In this document: positions 9,903 to 19,622 of the stretch, one piece after another | How the letters are laid out: every line of letters begins with the position of its first letter | Position numbering within the stretch: position 1 is the stretch's first letter | Source of the DNA: an uncultured delta proteobacterium | Lineage (GTDB): Bacteria > Desulfobacterota > Binatia > Binatales > Binataceae | Length of the DNA stretch: 64,000 nucleotides | Reading direction: 5' to 3' | Assembly (NCBI GenBank): GCA_963794325.1 | Contig: CAWCDG010000004.1 | Coordinates: 864,001-928,000, forward strand | Made by a program: the position numbers and the translations under genes | The notes under the pieces: generated by a model | The model's input: the letters and a program-made list of their open reading frames with translations, nothing else | Database searches by the model: none | What the model was told of the DNA's origin: nothing

Positions 9903-10687
9903 CCTGCCGCCTCGGCCCGATCCTTTTCTTTCATCAGCGACAAATAGTGCCGGTTGAGCCTTTCGAGATGCTGTTCCATCTCCTTCACCGCACCATCGCT
10001 GTCGCCCGCCTCGAAATGCTTCATGAAACGCCGCCGCGACGGCAGCACCCATGGATTTCGCTGCTGTCCGATCGCCCGGATGAAGTGCTGCATCACGTCG
10101 AGCAACGCTTCCATCACAATCACCATCACCGGATTTTTCGTCGCGCGCGCAATGATGCGATGGAAATCAAGATGAATCGCCGCCTGCTCGTAAAATGAGA
10201 TCTTGTCGCGCGTCGCCCGCTCCGCCGCGGCAATGTTCGCGTTGAGCGCCTCGATATCCTCCGGCGTCGCCCGCTCGCACGCCGCGCGCACCGCGCTCGA
10301 TTCGATCATCACCCGCGCCTCGGTCAGATGCTCCGGCTGAATCGCGCCGAGATGAAACATATCGCGCAGCCCGGTGACTATCGCGTCGCCCGTGCTCTCG
10401 CGCACGAACGCGCCGCCGGTCGCGCCCTTCTGCAATCGCAGCAGTCCGGCATTCTCGAGCGACCGCAACGCCTCGCGCAGCGTATTGCGCGAGACCCCGA
10501 ACTGCTCGGCCAGCGCCCGCTCCGGCGGCAGCCGATCGCCCGCCCGCAGCCGCCGATCTGAAAGCTCCTTGCGAATCTGGCCGGCGATTTCCTCGAACGC
10601 GCGCAGATTGCGGATGCGGCTGAACTCGACCCGGCGCGGCGTCGCCACCCGGGTCGGCTTCTTGCGCTTGACATTCATATCGCTCAT
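9899..10687 (-). CDS. GntR/FadR-family transcriptional regulator
   Basis: GDRLPPERALAEQFGVSRNTLREALRSL HTH and an FCD domain (DFHRIIARATKNP). Start is approximate. Confidence 0.93.
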   Translation of the reverse strand: MSDMNVKRKKPTRVATPRRVEFSRIRNLRAFEEIAGQIRKELSDRRLRAGDRLPPERALAEQFGVSRNTLREALRSLENAGLLRLQKGATGGAFVRESTGDAIVTGLRDMFHLGAIQPEHLTEARVMIESSAVRAACERATPEDIEALNANIAAAERATRDKISFYEQAAIHLDFHRIIARATKNPVMVIVMEALLDVMQHFIRAIGQQRNPWVLPSRRRFMKHFEAGDSDGAVKEMEQHLERLNRHYLSLMKEKDRAEAAG

Positions 10688-10694
10688 GTGTTCC

Positions 10695-10709
10695 ATTGGT
10701 TCAACCATT
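10695..10709. promoter_or_regulatory. Candidate FadR-subfamily operator ATTGGT-tca-ACCATT
   Basis: Matches the PdhR/LldR-type TGGT-N3-ACCA palindrome; lies in the 74-bp gap between the divergent GntR and ACAD genes. Confidence 0.7.
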
Positions 10710-10761
10710 GGTACCCCGAACCAGCGCTCGATGTCAAGCGTCACATTGGAGGAACACGACC

Positions 10762-11838
10762 GTGATTTCTTTTGAACTGACCCAGGAACAAAAACTCGCG
10801 CAGTCGATGGTGCAGGGGCTGGCCGGCTCGCAGCTTCGGCCGGCAGCCCGCGCTGCCGATGACCGCGAAGCGATCCCCTCGTCGATTCTCGATGAGATCT
10901 GGGCGACCGGGATCATCCAGTCACAAGCTGATGCGGATGGATATTCGCCCACGCTCAATGCGCTGCTGCTCGAGGAGCTCGCGGTCGCTGACGCTTCGTT
11001 CGCGATTGCCGCCGCGGCGCCGATTGGATTTCTTGGCGCGATCGCCGCGCAAGGCTCGTCCGCGCAGAAGAAAAATCTGCTGCCGCTGTTTGCGCGCGAC
11101 AAGTACCGATGCGCCGGCGTCGCTATCATGGAGCCCGATTTCGCCTTCGACGTTTCCGCGATTCGTAGCACCGCAATCAAGACCCGCGACGGTTATCGAC
11201 TGTCGGGTATCAAGGGACTCGTTCCGCTGGCGGAACAGTGCAGTCACTTTCTGGTGGTCGCGCGCTGTGACGATGCGACCGATGCGTTCATCGTTGATCG
11301 AAATGCGCGTGGCGTTAGCGTCGGCGAGAAGAAACCGAATATCGGACTGCGCGCGCTCGAGATGGCCACCGTCAGTTTCAAGGATGTCGAACTGCCCGCC
11401 GGCGCGCGTCTCGGCGAGAGCGCGGGATGCAATGTTCAGCGCATCATCGACTCGGCGCGCACCGCGCTGTCCGCGATCATGACCGGCACCAGCCGCGCCG
11501 TGATGGAATTCGTGATGCCCTACACCAAGGAGCGCGTGGTTCACGGCGATGCGCTCGCGAAGAAACAGACCATCGCGTTCCGCCTCGCCGACATGCGGAT
11601 CGAGACCGACGCGATGCGCTGGATGACGTGGAAGGCGGCGTCGATTCTTGAGCAGGGCACAGACGCCACGCGGCAGGCGCAACTCGCGTACACCTACTGC
11701 GGCGAGAATGCGATGTGGATCGCCGACGAAGGCGTCCAGATGCTCGGCGGCCACGGCTACCTGCGCGATAACCCGGTCGAGATGTGGTATCGCGATACGC
11801 GCACGGTGTCGGTGCTGGAAGGCGCGGTCGGAGTTTAG
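10762..11838 (+). CDS. Acyl-CoA dehydrogenase (FadE24-like)
   Basis: GGAGG SD then GTG; QMLGGHGYLRDNPVEMWYRD; short C-terminus VLEGAVGV. Confidence 0.88.
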   Translation: MISFELTQEQKLAQSMVQGLAGSQLRPAARAADDREAIPSSILDEIWATGIIQSQADADGYSPTLNALLLEELAVADASFAIAAAAPIGFLGAIAAQGSSAQKKNLLPLFARDKYRCAGVAIMEPDFAFDVSAIRSTAIKTRDGYRLSGIKGLVPLAEQCSHFLVVARCDDATDAFIVDRNARGVSVGEKKPNIGLRALEMATVSFKDVELPAGARLGESAGCNVQRIIDSARTALSAIMTGTSRAVMEFVMPYTKERVVHGDALAKKQTIAFRLADMRIETDAMRWMTWKAASILEQGTDATRQAQLAYTYCGENAMWIADEGVQMLGGHGYLRDNPVEMWYRDTRTVSVLEGAVGV

Positions 11839-11867
11839 TTTTCGAAGAGAACCACGAGGACAAAGCA

Positions 11868-13010
11868 ATGATAGATTTCCAACTCACTTCGGCTGACGCG
11901 AAGGTTCTGAGCACTGCGCACGAGCAGGCGATAATCGGGCGGCGCTATGCGCGTTACTACGACAAGCACGAAGACGAACTCGAACCTGCGGAATTTCCTG
12001 AAGCGAAAGATTTGCCCAACCCGGTCACGCTGGCCGAAGAAGGACTCAACGGCAGCAGCGGCTCGCGAATTCTTCATTCGCTTGTGATGCTCGAAATTTA
12101 TTGGGGCGGAATAGCGCTGCATCGCAGCAAGTGGGGACTCGGCAACACCGTCCTTAAGACTGTTGCGACGCCCGAGCAGTACGAGAAGTGGAAGAACCAC
12201 ACGATTGCGATCGCAATCACCGAGCCCGGCGCCGGCTCGGACCCGGCCAACATCCGAACGACGGCGACGTTCGATCGCGAAACCGGCGAATGGATTCTCA
12301 ACGGTGAGAAAATTTTTATCTCGCAGGCGCAGTCGGGCGACGCCGCGATGGTACTGTCGCGATTCATCGCGCCGGACGGAAGCCGCGGCATGACCACCTT
12401 CATCGTCGAGAAGGGCACGCCTGGATTCACCGTCGGGCCGCAACTCAAGAAGCTCGGCATCCGCTCGCACGACACCTGCAACCTGCTGTTCGAGAATTGC
12501 CGGATTCCCGAGTTCAACCACATCAAGGGCGATTTCAAATCCACGATGTCGGTGTTCAACGACTCGCGCCCGATGGTCGGCGCGATGGCGCTGGGGGTCG
12601 CGCGTGCGGCGCTCGACTTCACGCGCGAAAAGCTCTCCGAGCGCGGAATCGAAATCAACTACCGCGGCGGGATGCGCGGCCGTTCGGCCGTCGTCGATCG
12701 TCTGATCCGGCTGGAGGCCATCTTCGAAGCCGCGTTGCTGACGGTGCTGCGCTCCAAGTGGCTCGAGCAGCAGGACGTGCCGCCGAAAGTGGAAGCATCG
12801 ATCGCGAAAGCGGCGGGCGGCAAGGCCGCGCGAAAGATCACCCAGGGATGCATCGACTTGCTCGGCCCCGAAGCGCTCTCAGAAGAGCATCCGCTGGATC
12901 GATGCTTCCGCGACGGCCGCATCTTCGACATCTACGAAGGCGCCGGCGAAATCCAGCGCCTGATAATCGCCCGCTCAATCCTGGGCTACACCGGCCGTGA
13001 TCTGCGGTAG
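11868..13010 (+). CDS. Acyl-CoA dehydrogenase (FadE23-like)
   Basis: AITEPGAGSD, LNGEKIFIS, KLGIRS, DIYEGAGEIQRLIIAR. Confidence 0.92.
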   Translation: MIDFQLTSADAKVLSTAHEQAIIGRRYARYYDKHEDELEPAEFPEAKDLPNPVTLAEEGLNGSSGSRILHSLVMLEIYWGGIALHRSKWGLGNTVLKTVATPEQYEKWKNHTIAIAITEPGAGSDPANIRTTATFDRETGEWILNGEKIFISQAQSGDAAMVLSRFIAPDGSRGMTTFIVEKGTPGFTVGPQLKKLGIRSHDTCNLLFENCRIPEFNHIKGDFKSTMSVFNDSRPMVGAMALGVARAALDFTREKLSERGIEINYRGGMRGRSAVVDRLIRLEAIFEAALLTVLRSKWLEQQDVPPKVEASIAKAAGGKAARKITQGCIDLLGPEALSEEHPLDRCFRDGRIFDIYEGAGEIQRLIIARSILGYTGRDLR

Positions 13011-13104
13011 CCGCGCCCGGACAGAATCGGAGTCCGTTCTTCCTTGGACCTGATCGTGGGTTTTCACTAGTCTGAAGACTACACCCTGTGTCCAGGAGGA
13101 AGAG

Positions 13105-13599
13105 ATGAAAACACCCCTTCGCATTGCCCTCGTCGTCAGCACTGTTCTCTTGTTGAGTTGTTGGTCATTACCGGTGCACGCGCAGGCCGGCAAGTATACT
13201 GTCAAGACCGGCTATCTCACTTGCCATGAAGCTTCGGGATGGGGATTCATCTTCGGGTCTTCGCGCGAAATCCGATGCTCCTACTCCAACAACGGCGGGC
13301 GAGTCGAACACTACAGTGGAAGCATCTCGAAGTTCGGCGCAGATATCGGTTACCTGAAATCCGCCGTGGTCCTGTGGGCGGTCGCCGCACCGACCAAGGA
13401 TCTCAAGCCCGGTGCGCTGGAGGGTCATTACGGCGGCGCGACCGCGAGCCTTTCGCTCGGCGTGGGTGCGGGCGCGAACGTGCTGGTTGGAGGTTTTGAT
13501 CAGTCGATCGCTCTTCAGCCGGTATCCGTCGAAGGACAGAACGGGCTGAACGTCGCTGCCGGAGTTGCGGAGATGACCCTCAAGTACCACCGCGAGTAA
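13105..13599 (+). CDS. DUF992 family exported protein
   Basis: Signal peptide; GYLTC...GFIFGSS...C; GVGAGANVLVGG...LQPVSVEGQNGLNVAAG. Confidence 0.85.
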   Translation: MKTPLRIALVVSTVLLLSCWSLPVHAQAGKYTVKTGYLTCHEASGWGFIFGSSREIRCSYSNNGGRVEHYSGSISKFGADIGYLKSAVVLWAVAAPTKDLKPGALEGHYGGATASLSLGVGAGANVLVGGFDQSIALQPVSVEGQNGLNVAAGVAEMTLKYHRE

Positions 13600-13641
13600 C
13601 CGCCGGGGTGACTTGAAGCGGTTCAACTCGATCTAAATCTG

Positions 13642-13668
13642 ATGTGAAACCCGTCGTCGGTTTTCACA
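13642..13668. repeat. Short hairpin repeat ATGTGAAACCCG...TTTCA (second copy at 56689-56713)
   Basis: The first 12 nt are identical in the two intergenic hairpins. Confidence 0.5.
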
Positions 13669-13820
13669 CCTCTTTGGGATAACCCCGCACTTTAGTGTTG
13701 TCGCTTTTGTGCTCTGCGGCACTCGTGCGCGCGCGAATCCTGCCGCCGCCATATTGCGAGCGACGGCGATGCTGTTACTAATGATTGCCGGCGCAGCTTT
13801 CATATAGTGTTGGCATCACG

Positions 13821-15680
13821 ATGAAGAGTCTTGAGGGGGCATCGAGCGGGGCCGGCGACGCGAGCATTCGTGCGTCCGATGAAGTGCTCGCTGTATTGCG
13901 GCGGTTCTGGGGATTCGAGGGTTTGCGGCCTCTGCAACTTGAGGCGATACAGGCCGGACTGGAGCGGCGCGATTCTCTGGTCGTGATGCCGACTGGCGGC
14001 GGGAAGTCGCTGTGCTACCAGGTGCCACCCGCGGTCGCGCGGCGCACCGACGTCGTCGTGTCGCCGCTAATCGCGCTGATGAAGGACCAGGTCGATGCGC
14101 TGCGCCTATCGGGCTATCCGGCGGCGGCGTTGCATAGCGGGATGGATCAGATGGAGGTTCGCGACGTCGAGCGCGAGCTGGCCGGCGGCCGGCATCATCT
14201 TATATTTGTCGCGCCGGAACGGTTACTGACACCCCGCTTTCTCGATCTCGCCGCGCGCCTGAAAGTTTCCAGCTTCGCGATCGATGAAGCACATTGCATC
14301 AGCCAGTGGGGACATGATTTCCGGCCCGAATATCGGCGGCTCGCGGAGCTGAAGACGCGCTTTCCGGGCGCGAGTATTCACGCATACACGGCGACCGCAA
14401 CCAAGCGCGTGCGGGGCGACATCGTCGATCAACTTGGGCTCAAGGACCCGGCGGTGCTGGTCGGTTCGTTCGATCGTCCCAATCTACTTTATCGGGTGCG
14501 TCCGAAGCTGGAGGTGAACGCGCAAATTGCGGCGACGATCCGGCGCCACAAGGGAGAGGCGTCGATCGTCTATAGCATCAGCCGAAATGACACTGAGCGA
14601 ATCGCCGCATACCTGGCGTCGGAGGGCGTGCGCGCCGCGGCGTATCACGCTGGAATGGACGCGGAAGAGCGCCGGCATACGCAGGACCGTTTCGCCGCCG
14701 AGGAAATCGACGTGGTGGTGGCGACAGTGGCGTTCGGGATGGGAATCGATCGCAGCGACATCCGATGCGTGATTCACGCGGCGCTCCCGAAATCGATCGA
14801 GGCCTATCAGCAGGAGACGGGCCGCGCGGGCCGCGACGGCTTGCCTGCCGAATGCGTGCTGTTCTACTCCGCGGCCGACGTGATGCGATGGCGCAACCTG
14901 ATGGAGCGGAGCGCCGCAGAGTCAGCGACTCCGCCTGAAGTGTTAGAGAGCGGGAAGCTGCTGCTCGAGGAAGTGCGCCGATTCGCGACGGTCGTTCGAT
15001 GCCGTCATGCCGCACTCTCCGCATACTTCGGCGAGACCTATCAAAACGCGAACTGTGGCGCATGCGACTTTTGCCTGGGCGAGGTGGAAGGCGTCGCGGA
15101 TTCGACGGTGCTCGCACAGAAGGTGCTGTCGTGCGTGGCGCGCGTCGAGCAGCGCTTCGGCGTCGAGCACGTCGTGGACGTGCTGAGCGGCGCAAGCAGC
15201 GAACGCGTGCGTCGATTGGGCCACGAAAAACTTTCCACCTACGGCCTGCTGAAGGACGTTCCGCGCAAGACCTTGACCAACCTGGTCTATCAGTTAGTCG
15301 ATGCGGGACTGCTCGAGCGCACGCCCGGCGATCGCCCGACGCTGAGGCTGAACGCATTGTCGTGGGAAGTGATGCGCGGTGGACGCGCTGTCACATTGCT
15401 ACAAGCGAAAGAGTCCAAGTCGAGAAGGACGCGAATCGAAGAAGAGTCGTGGCACGACGTGGACGAGGCGCTGTTCGAGAGTCTGCGAACACTGCGGCGC
15501 GAAATCGCAGCTGAGCGCGCGGTGCCGGCCTACGTGATCCTCCACGACGCCACGTTGCGCGAACTCGCCAGCGTGCGGCCCACCACGGTGGATGCGCTGC
15601 GCCATATCCGCGGGTTCGGCGAAAAGCGACTCGCCGATTTCGGCGCGCGCGTAATTGAATGCATTAATTCTCGCCACTGA
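13821..15680 (+). CDS. recQ: ATP-dependent DNA helicase RecQ
   Basis: MPTGGGKS, DEAHCISQWGHDFRP, AFGMGID, QETGRAGRDG, Zn motif CGACDFC, RQC and HRDC domains. Confidence 0.96.
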   Translation: MKSLEGASSGAGDASIRASDEVLAVLRRFWGFEGLRPLQLEAIQAGLERRDSLVVMPTGGGKSLCYQVPPAVARRTDVVVSPLIALMKDQVDALRLSGYPAAALHSGMDQMEVRDVERELAGGRHHLIFVAPERLLTPRFLDLAARLKVSSFAIDEAHCISQWGHDFRPEYRRLAELKTRFPGASIHAYTATATKRVRGDIVDQLGLKDPAVLVGSFDRPNLLYRVRPKLEVNAQIAATIRRHKGEASIVYSISRNDTERIAAYLASEGVRAAAYHAGMDAEERRHTQDRFAAEEIDVVVATVAFGMGIDRSDIRCVIHAALPKSIEAYQQETGRAGRDGLPAECVLFYSAADVMRWRNLMERSAAESATPPEVLESGKLLLEEVRRFATVVRCRHAALSAYFGETYQNANCGACDFCLGEVEGVADSTVLAQKVLSCVARVEQRFGVEHVVDVLSGASSERVRRLGHEKLSTYGLLKDVPRKTLTNLVYQLVDAGLLERTPGDRPTLRLNALSWEVMRGGRAVTLLQAKESKSRRTRIEEESWHDVDEALFESLRTLRREIAAERAVPAYVILHDATLRELASVRPTTVDALRHIRGFGEKRLADFGARVIECINSRH

Positions 15681-15740
15681 TTCCGGACGGCGTGTGCCAT
15701 AACTTTTTCCTCGGCTAGCATCAGCGCGCGACCAGACATG

Positions 15741-16514
15741 CTACGCCGAGCGGAAGTACTGGCCGGGGGTTTTGCCGAAGGTCACGCGGAATGCCGAGAT
15801 GAATGCGCTGACGCTATCGTATCCGGCGTCGAAGGCTACTGTCGTTACCGCGTCGCCGGCAGCCAGTAGCCGCAGCGCGTGACCGAGCCGCAGCTGCTGA
15901 CGCCATTTGCCGAAGCCGAGACCGGTTTCACTCTTGAACAGCCGCTCGACTGTTCGCTTGCTGGCGCCCGCAAGCTTCGAGAGCTCGATGAGCGAGCGAG
16001 TGTCTGACGGCTGCTTCTGGAGCATCGCGGCGATTCGTTTCGCGCGCGCGTCGCGCGGGATAGGAAGATGGATCGCGTCCGATTGCATCACGTGAAGATG
16101 ATCGAGCAGGACCGAAATCAGATGCGAGTGAGCGGGGACGCGGAGGTTAAGGCTGTCGAGCTCGACGATGCGGAGGATCAATTCGCGGAGCAGAGGAGAA
16201 ATACCGATGACGCGTGGTTCGTCGGGCAGCGCACGGCTGAGTCGTGGCACGAGGTAGAGCGTCCGCAACGACACGGGACCGGACATCTGGATCGAATGAC
16301 GCGTGCCGGCGGGGACCCAGACGCCGCGATGGATGGGGACTACCCAACTGCCTTCTGGCGTGCGCACGGTCATGACGCCTTGCGATGCGTAAACCAGCTG
16401 ATGCCATGGGTGCGAATGCGTTTTGATAACGTGGCCGTCGGGGTATTCGGGAACGATGCCGGTACGGACCTGGTACTTGTGAGAGTCGAAAAACCAGTGG
16501 CGCTTTTTCGGCAT
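15741..16514 (-). CDS. AraC-family regulator with cupin sensor domain
   Basis: HSHPWHQLVYA cupin; C-terminal VAFDAGYDSVSAFISAFRVTFGKTP. Confidence 0.92.
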   Translation of the reverse strand: MPKKRHWFFDSHKYQVRTGIVPEYPDGHVIKTHSHPWHQLVYASQGVMTVRTPEGSWVVPIHRGVWVPAGTRHSIQMSGPVSLRTLYLVPRLSRALPDEPRVIGISPLLRELILRIVELDSLNLRVPAHSHLISVLLDHLHVMQSDAIHLPIPRDARAKRIAAMLQKQPSDTRSLIELSKLAGASKRTVERLFKSETGLGFGKWRQQLRLGHALRLLAAGDAVTTVAFDAGYDSVSAFISAFRVTFGKTPGQYFRSA

Positions 16515-16590
16515 CGAATGGCAATCTAGCGCAAGACGGCCAATGGCTCAAAGTGGTAATGAGTACCAGGTTCCACTGCGGGAGGTTCTC

Positions 16591-16980
16591 ATGGTCGCCA
16601 AAAATATCGCGCACTTCGATGTCCAGGCGGATGACGTGGGGCGCGCGCGCAAATTCTACGAACGAGTATTCGAATGGCGTTTCACGCCGTGGGGTCCGCC
16701 TGATTTCTTCATGATCGCGACCGGCACCGAGAGCGATCCCGGCATTCACGGCGCGGTGCACGACCGCCCCAAGGACAGCCATCGCACCGTTGGCTTCGAG
16801 TGCACGATCGCAGTCGACGACGTGGACGCGATCGCTAAGCTCATCGAGAAGGAAGGTGGACATATCACCGTTCCCAAGATGACGATTCCCGGTGTTGGCG
16901 AGTTGATCCAATTTAGAGACACCGAAGGGAACATTGCGTGTGCGATGCGCTACTTCGATGAATCGCAAGGGCGGCCTTAG
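16591..16980 (+). CDS. VOC/glyoxalase family protein
   Basis: HFDVQADDVGRARKFYERVF...FRDTEGN; GGAGG SD. Confidence 0.88.
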   Translation: MVAKNIAHFDVQADDVGRARKFYERVFEWRFTPWGPPDFFMIATGTESDPGIHGAVHDRPKDSHRTVGFECTIAVDDVDAIAKLIEKEGGHITVPKMTIPGVGELIQFRDTEGNIACAMRYFDESQGRP

Positions 16981-16989
16981 GGGCCTGCG

Positions 16990-17400
16990 ATGGCTATACA
17001 GCTCGACCACATAATTCTTTCCGTGAACGATCGGATGAAGAGCGTCGATTTTTACGTCGGGATCCTCGGCCTCAAGTACGAAGGTGATCGGGAACCGTTT
17101 TCGATACTTCGAGTCACGCCTGACTTCACGATCCAATTGGCCGGATGGGGCACCAAAGGCGGTGAGCATCTTGCGTTCGCGATGTCGCGCAAGGAGTTCG
17201 ACGAGGTCTTCCGCCGGATCATCGACGCGAAGATTGAATATGGAGATGAGTTCCACTCCGTCGGAAACATGCGCGGCCCGGGGGACGAGACGGCCGAGTC
17301 GATCAATTCCGCCGGCGGCGGTGCGCGCGGGCCGGGCAAGAACCTCTACTTCTTCGACCCAAGCCGCCACCTGATCGAGATCCGTCACTACGAGGGGTGA
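16990..17400 (+). CDS. VOC/glyoxalase family protein
   Basis: LDHIILSV...HLAF...YFFDPSRHLIE. Confidence 0.88.
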   Translation: MAIQLDHIILSVNDRMKSVDFYVGILGLKYEGDREPFSILRVTPDFTIQLAGWGTKGGEHLAFAMSRKEFDEVFRRIIDAKIEYGDEFHSVGNMRGPGDETAESINSAGGGARGPGKNLYFFDPSRHLIEIRHYEG

Positions 17401-17404
17401 GGTG

Positions 17405-19111
17405 TCAGTGGCGGACCTCGTCGCCGCGCGATACTTCCATCCAGGCGTTGATTAGATCGTCGGCTTCGTCAGGCTCGAGGCGGCCGTCTTTTACGGCGGC
17501 GAGGATTTCCAGGATCGCTTCGTCGCGACCAAGTTTTACGGTTGCGCCGGGACGGAATTGCGCTGACTTACTACTTTTTTCGCTATCCGACTGAGTAGTC
17601 GATTGAGTAGTGGACTGAGTAGTGCCTTCAGGTTGGTCGTGAGAAGGGTTGCGCATGTCGCGCGCGGCATCGCGGATCTTGTCGCGCATCTCGCGCGCCG
17701 CTTGCCGTACCCGATCGCGCATCTCGGTGCGCGCCTCGCGCGAGCCGCCACGCACTGCCTGTGACACGAGGTCGCCGATTTCCTTGCCGAGTTTCGTCAA
17801 GCGCTCGCCGACGTCTTCCGGCACCCGCTGTTCGATTTCCGAAATCGCGCGCTCGACTTCGCGCAGGCCTTCGCCGACGCTGCGTTTCACGTCGCGAGTG
17901 ACCTCGCGCACAATTCCGCTCGACAGGCCGCCGCTTTCGGCAACGAACTGGCCGGCCGCATCGAGCACGCTGCTCACGAATGCGGGAATCTCGCCGCCGA
18001 GACCGTCGACCAGGTCTTCCAACGGGGCCGCGAAGCCGCCGGCGCGCGAGCGATAGCCGCGGCCGGAGAAATCGCGTTCGCGCGCGTCGCCGCTGGCGAC
18101 AATCACGTCTGCGCCGCGAGTCTCGATGGCAATTTTGGTGCGCGCGCCCGATGCGGGATCCGCACCGATCGTACCGTGGACGTGACTGCGGTCGAGCCAT
18201 TTGAGCCCGGAGGCGTCGATGCCATAAGTGCGGATTCGGCCCCATCCGGCGGAAGCGTTGAGCTCGAGCGAGGCGCCCGGGTCCACTTCGACGTTGACGC
18301 GGCCGCGGCTGGCGACGCTCCAGGCTTTGTCGAGCGGGTACGGGCCGGCAAGAACGATCGCCCCGCCACAGTCTTCAAGATTCAGCGAACCGCCAACGTG
18401 GCTGATGCGCGCGCTGCCGCCCACAAAGCCGACCGCCACTTCGCCCGCGACGCTATCAGCCGCGAGCTTGCCGCCGATCTTCCCGACTTGCAGCCCGCCT
18501 GACAGGTTCGACGCGCGCACCCGGCCGCCAACGACGCCGGCTTCGGCGTGCGCCGCGTCTTCAATCTCCAGATGTCCGCCGATGACGCGCGCGATGAACG
18601 GCGCGCGCAGGCCGATCAGGCGTGCGCCGCCGGCAATTTTTTCGATCGCCACTTCGCCGTCGATGGTGCGGCAATCCAGTTCGCCGGCGACGTGGCTGAA
18701 GGTGATCGCACCGGCAGATTCGACGGTTAGCGCACCGCGAACCTTGACCCCGTCAACTGCGCCGGCTTGCTTGATAGAGACGTTGCCACTGACCGTATCG
18801 CGCATCGAGATGGCGCCGATGCGGCGCGCGTGAAGATTGCCGCGCACGCGCGTGACGACGAACGGGGTGGCGAGATCGGATACATCGAGATTGCCGGCGA
18901 GATCTTCGACTTCGACCGTGACCCCGGCGGGAACCGTGATGACCGCGTTGTCGCGCAGCGTCACTTCGGCGACTCCGGCGTTGGTCGTGACTCTTGGCGC
19001 GACGCCCGAATCGATCTCGATCGCGGCACGGTCGCCACCGCTGATTTTGAGATTTCCGGCAGCGCGCAGGACCCGGATTGATTCAACTCCATCGATCGTC
19101 GAGATAGCCAT
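17405..19111 (-). CDS. DUF4097-like beta-strand repeat protein with helical tail and C-terminal SHOCT-like motif
   Basis: Repeated Gly/Val beta motifs (VxGxL), a coiled helical region, and C-terminal ILAAVKDGRLEPDEADDLI. Confidence 0.75.
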   Translation of the reverse strand: MAISTIDGVESIRVLRAAGNLKISGGDRAAIEIDSGVAPRVTTNAGVAEVTLRDNAVITVPAGVTVEVEDLAGNLDVSDLATPFVVTRVRGNLHARRIGAISMRDTVSGNVSIKQAGAVDGVKVRGALTVESAGAITFSHVAGELDCRTIDGEVAIEKIAGGARLIGLRAPFIARVIGGHLEIEDAAHAEAGVVGGRVRASNLSGGLQVGKIGGKLAADSVAGEVAVGFVGGSARISHVGGSLNLEDCGGAIVLAGPYPLDKAWSVASRGRVNVEVDPGASLELNASAGWGRIRTYGIDASGLKWLDRSHVHGTIGADPASGARTKIAIETRGADVIVASGDARERDFSGRGYRSRAGGFAAPLEDLVDGLGGEIPAFVSSVLDAAGQFVAESGGLSSGIVREVTRDVKRSVGEGLREVERAISEIEQRVPEDVGERLTKLGKEIGDLVSQAVRGGSREARTEMRDRVRQAAREMRDKIRDAARDMRNPSHDQPEGTTQSTTQSTTQSDSEKSSKSAQFRPGATVKLGRDEAILEILAAVKDGRLEPDEADDLINAWMEVSRGDEVRH

Positions 19112-19128
19112 GGCACGGCCTCCTTCGT

Positions 19129-19530
19129 TCAGTTGTCTTTTGTACGAGGTTCGTTGAGCGCGGCGAGAGCTTCGTCGGGCGTGAGTTTGCCATCCTTGAG
19201 ATCGGCCAGGACCGAGCGGCGGCGCGAGGCGCTGTCGTCGATAGCCGAAGCTTCGGGCGCAGACTTGGGGGAGTAACCGAGCGCCGCGATCACTTCGTCG
19301 AGGCGTGCGCGCACGGTCGGGTACGAAACGCCAAGTTCGCGCTCGACCTCGCGGATGACGCCGCGGTTCTTGATGAAGACTTCGACGAAATCGATTTGCG
19401 CGCCGGTGAGCTTGAGCAGCGCGGGCGGCGTGAACTCACCTTCGATAGATATCTTGCAGTCAGGGCAGTCGAGGCGGGCAACGGTCAAATTGCCGTCGCA
19501 TGATGGACATTTGAGAATTATTGGCCTCAT
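19129..19530 (-). CDS. DUF2089 family Zn-ribbon/HTH protein
   Basis: CPSC...CPDC, FIKNRGVIREVERELGVSYPTVRARLD, C-terminal LKDGKLTPDEAL. Confidence 0.9.
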   Translation of the reverse strand: MRPIILKCPSCDGNLTVARLDCPDCKISIEGEFTPPALLKLTGAQIDFVEVFIKNRGVIREVERELGVSYPTVRARLDEVIAALGYSPKSAPEASAIDDSASRRRSVLADLKDGKLTPDEALAALNEPRTKDN

Positions 19531-19538
19531 CTGAATTG

Positions 19539-19592
19539 ATATTAAGCCAAATATTGATTTTGTCAAGTATAAACTTAAGATTATTAATAATC
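19539..19592 (-). promoter_or_regulatory. Sigma70-type promoter and perfect 14-bp palindrome upstream of DUF2089
   Basis: Minus strand TTGACA (19566-19561), 16 bp spacer, TAATAT (19544-19539); palindrome GATTATTAATAATC at 19579-19592. Confidence 0.6.
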
Positions 19593-19622
19593 AAATATGA
19601 GTGCTGTGGGCAGACTGAGAAT

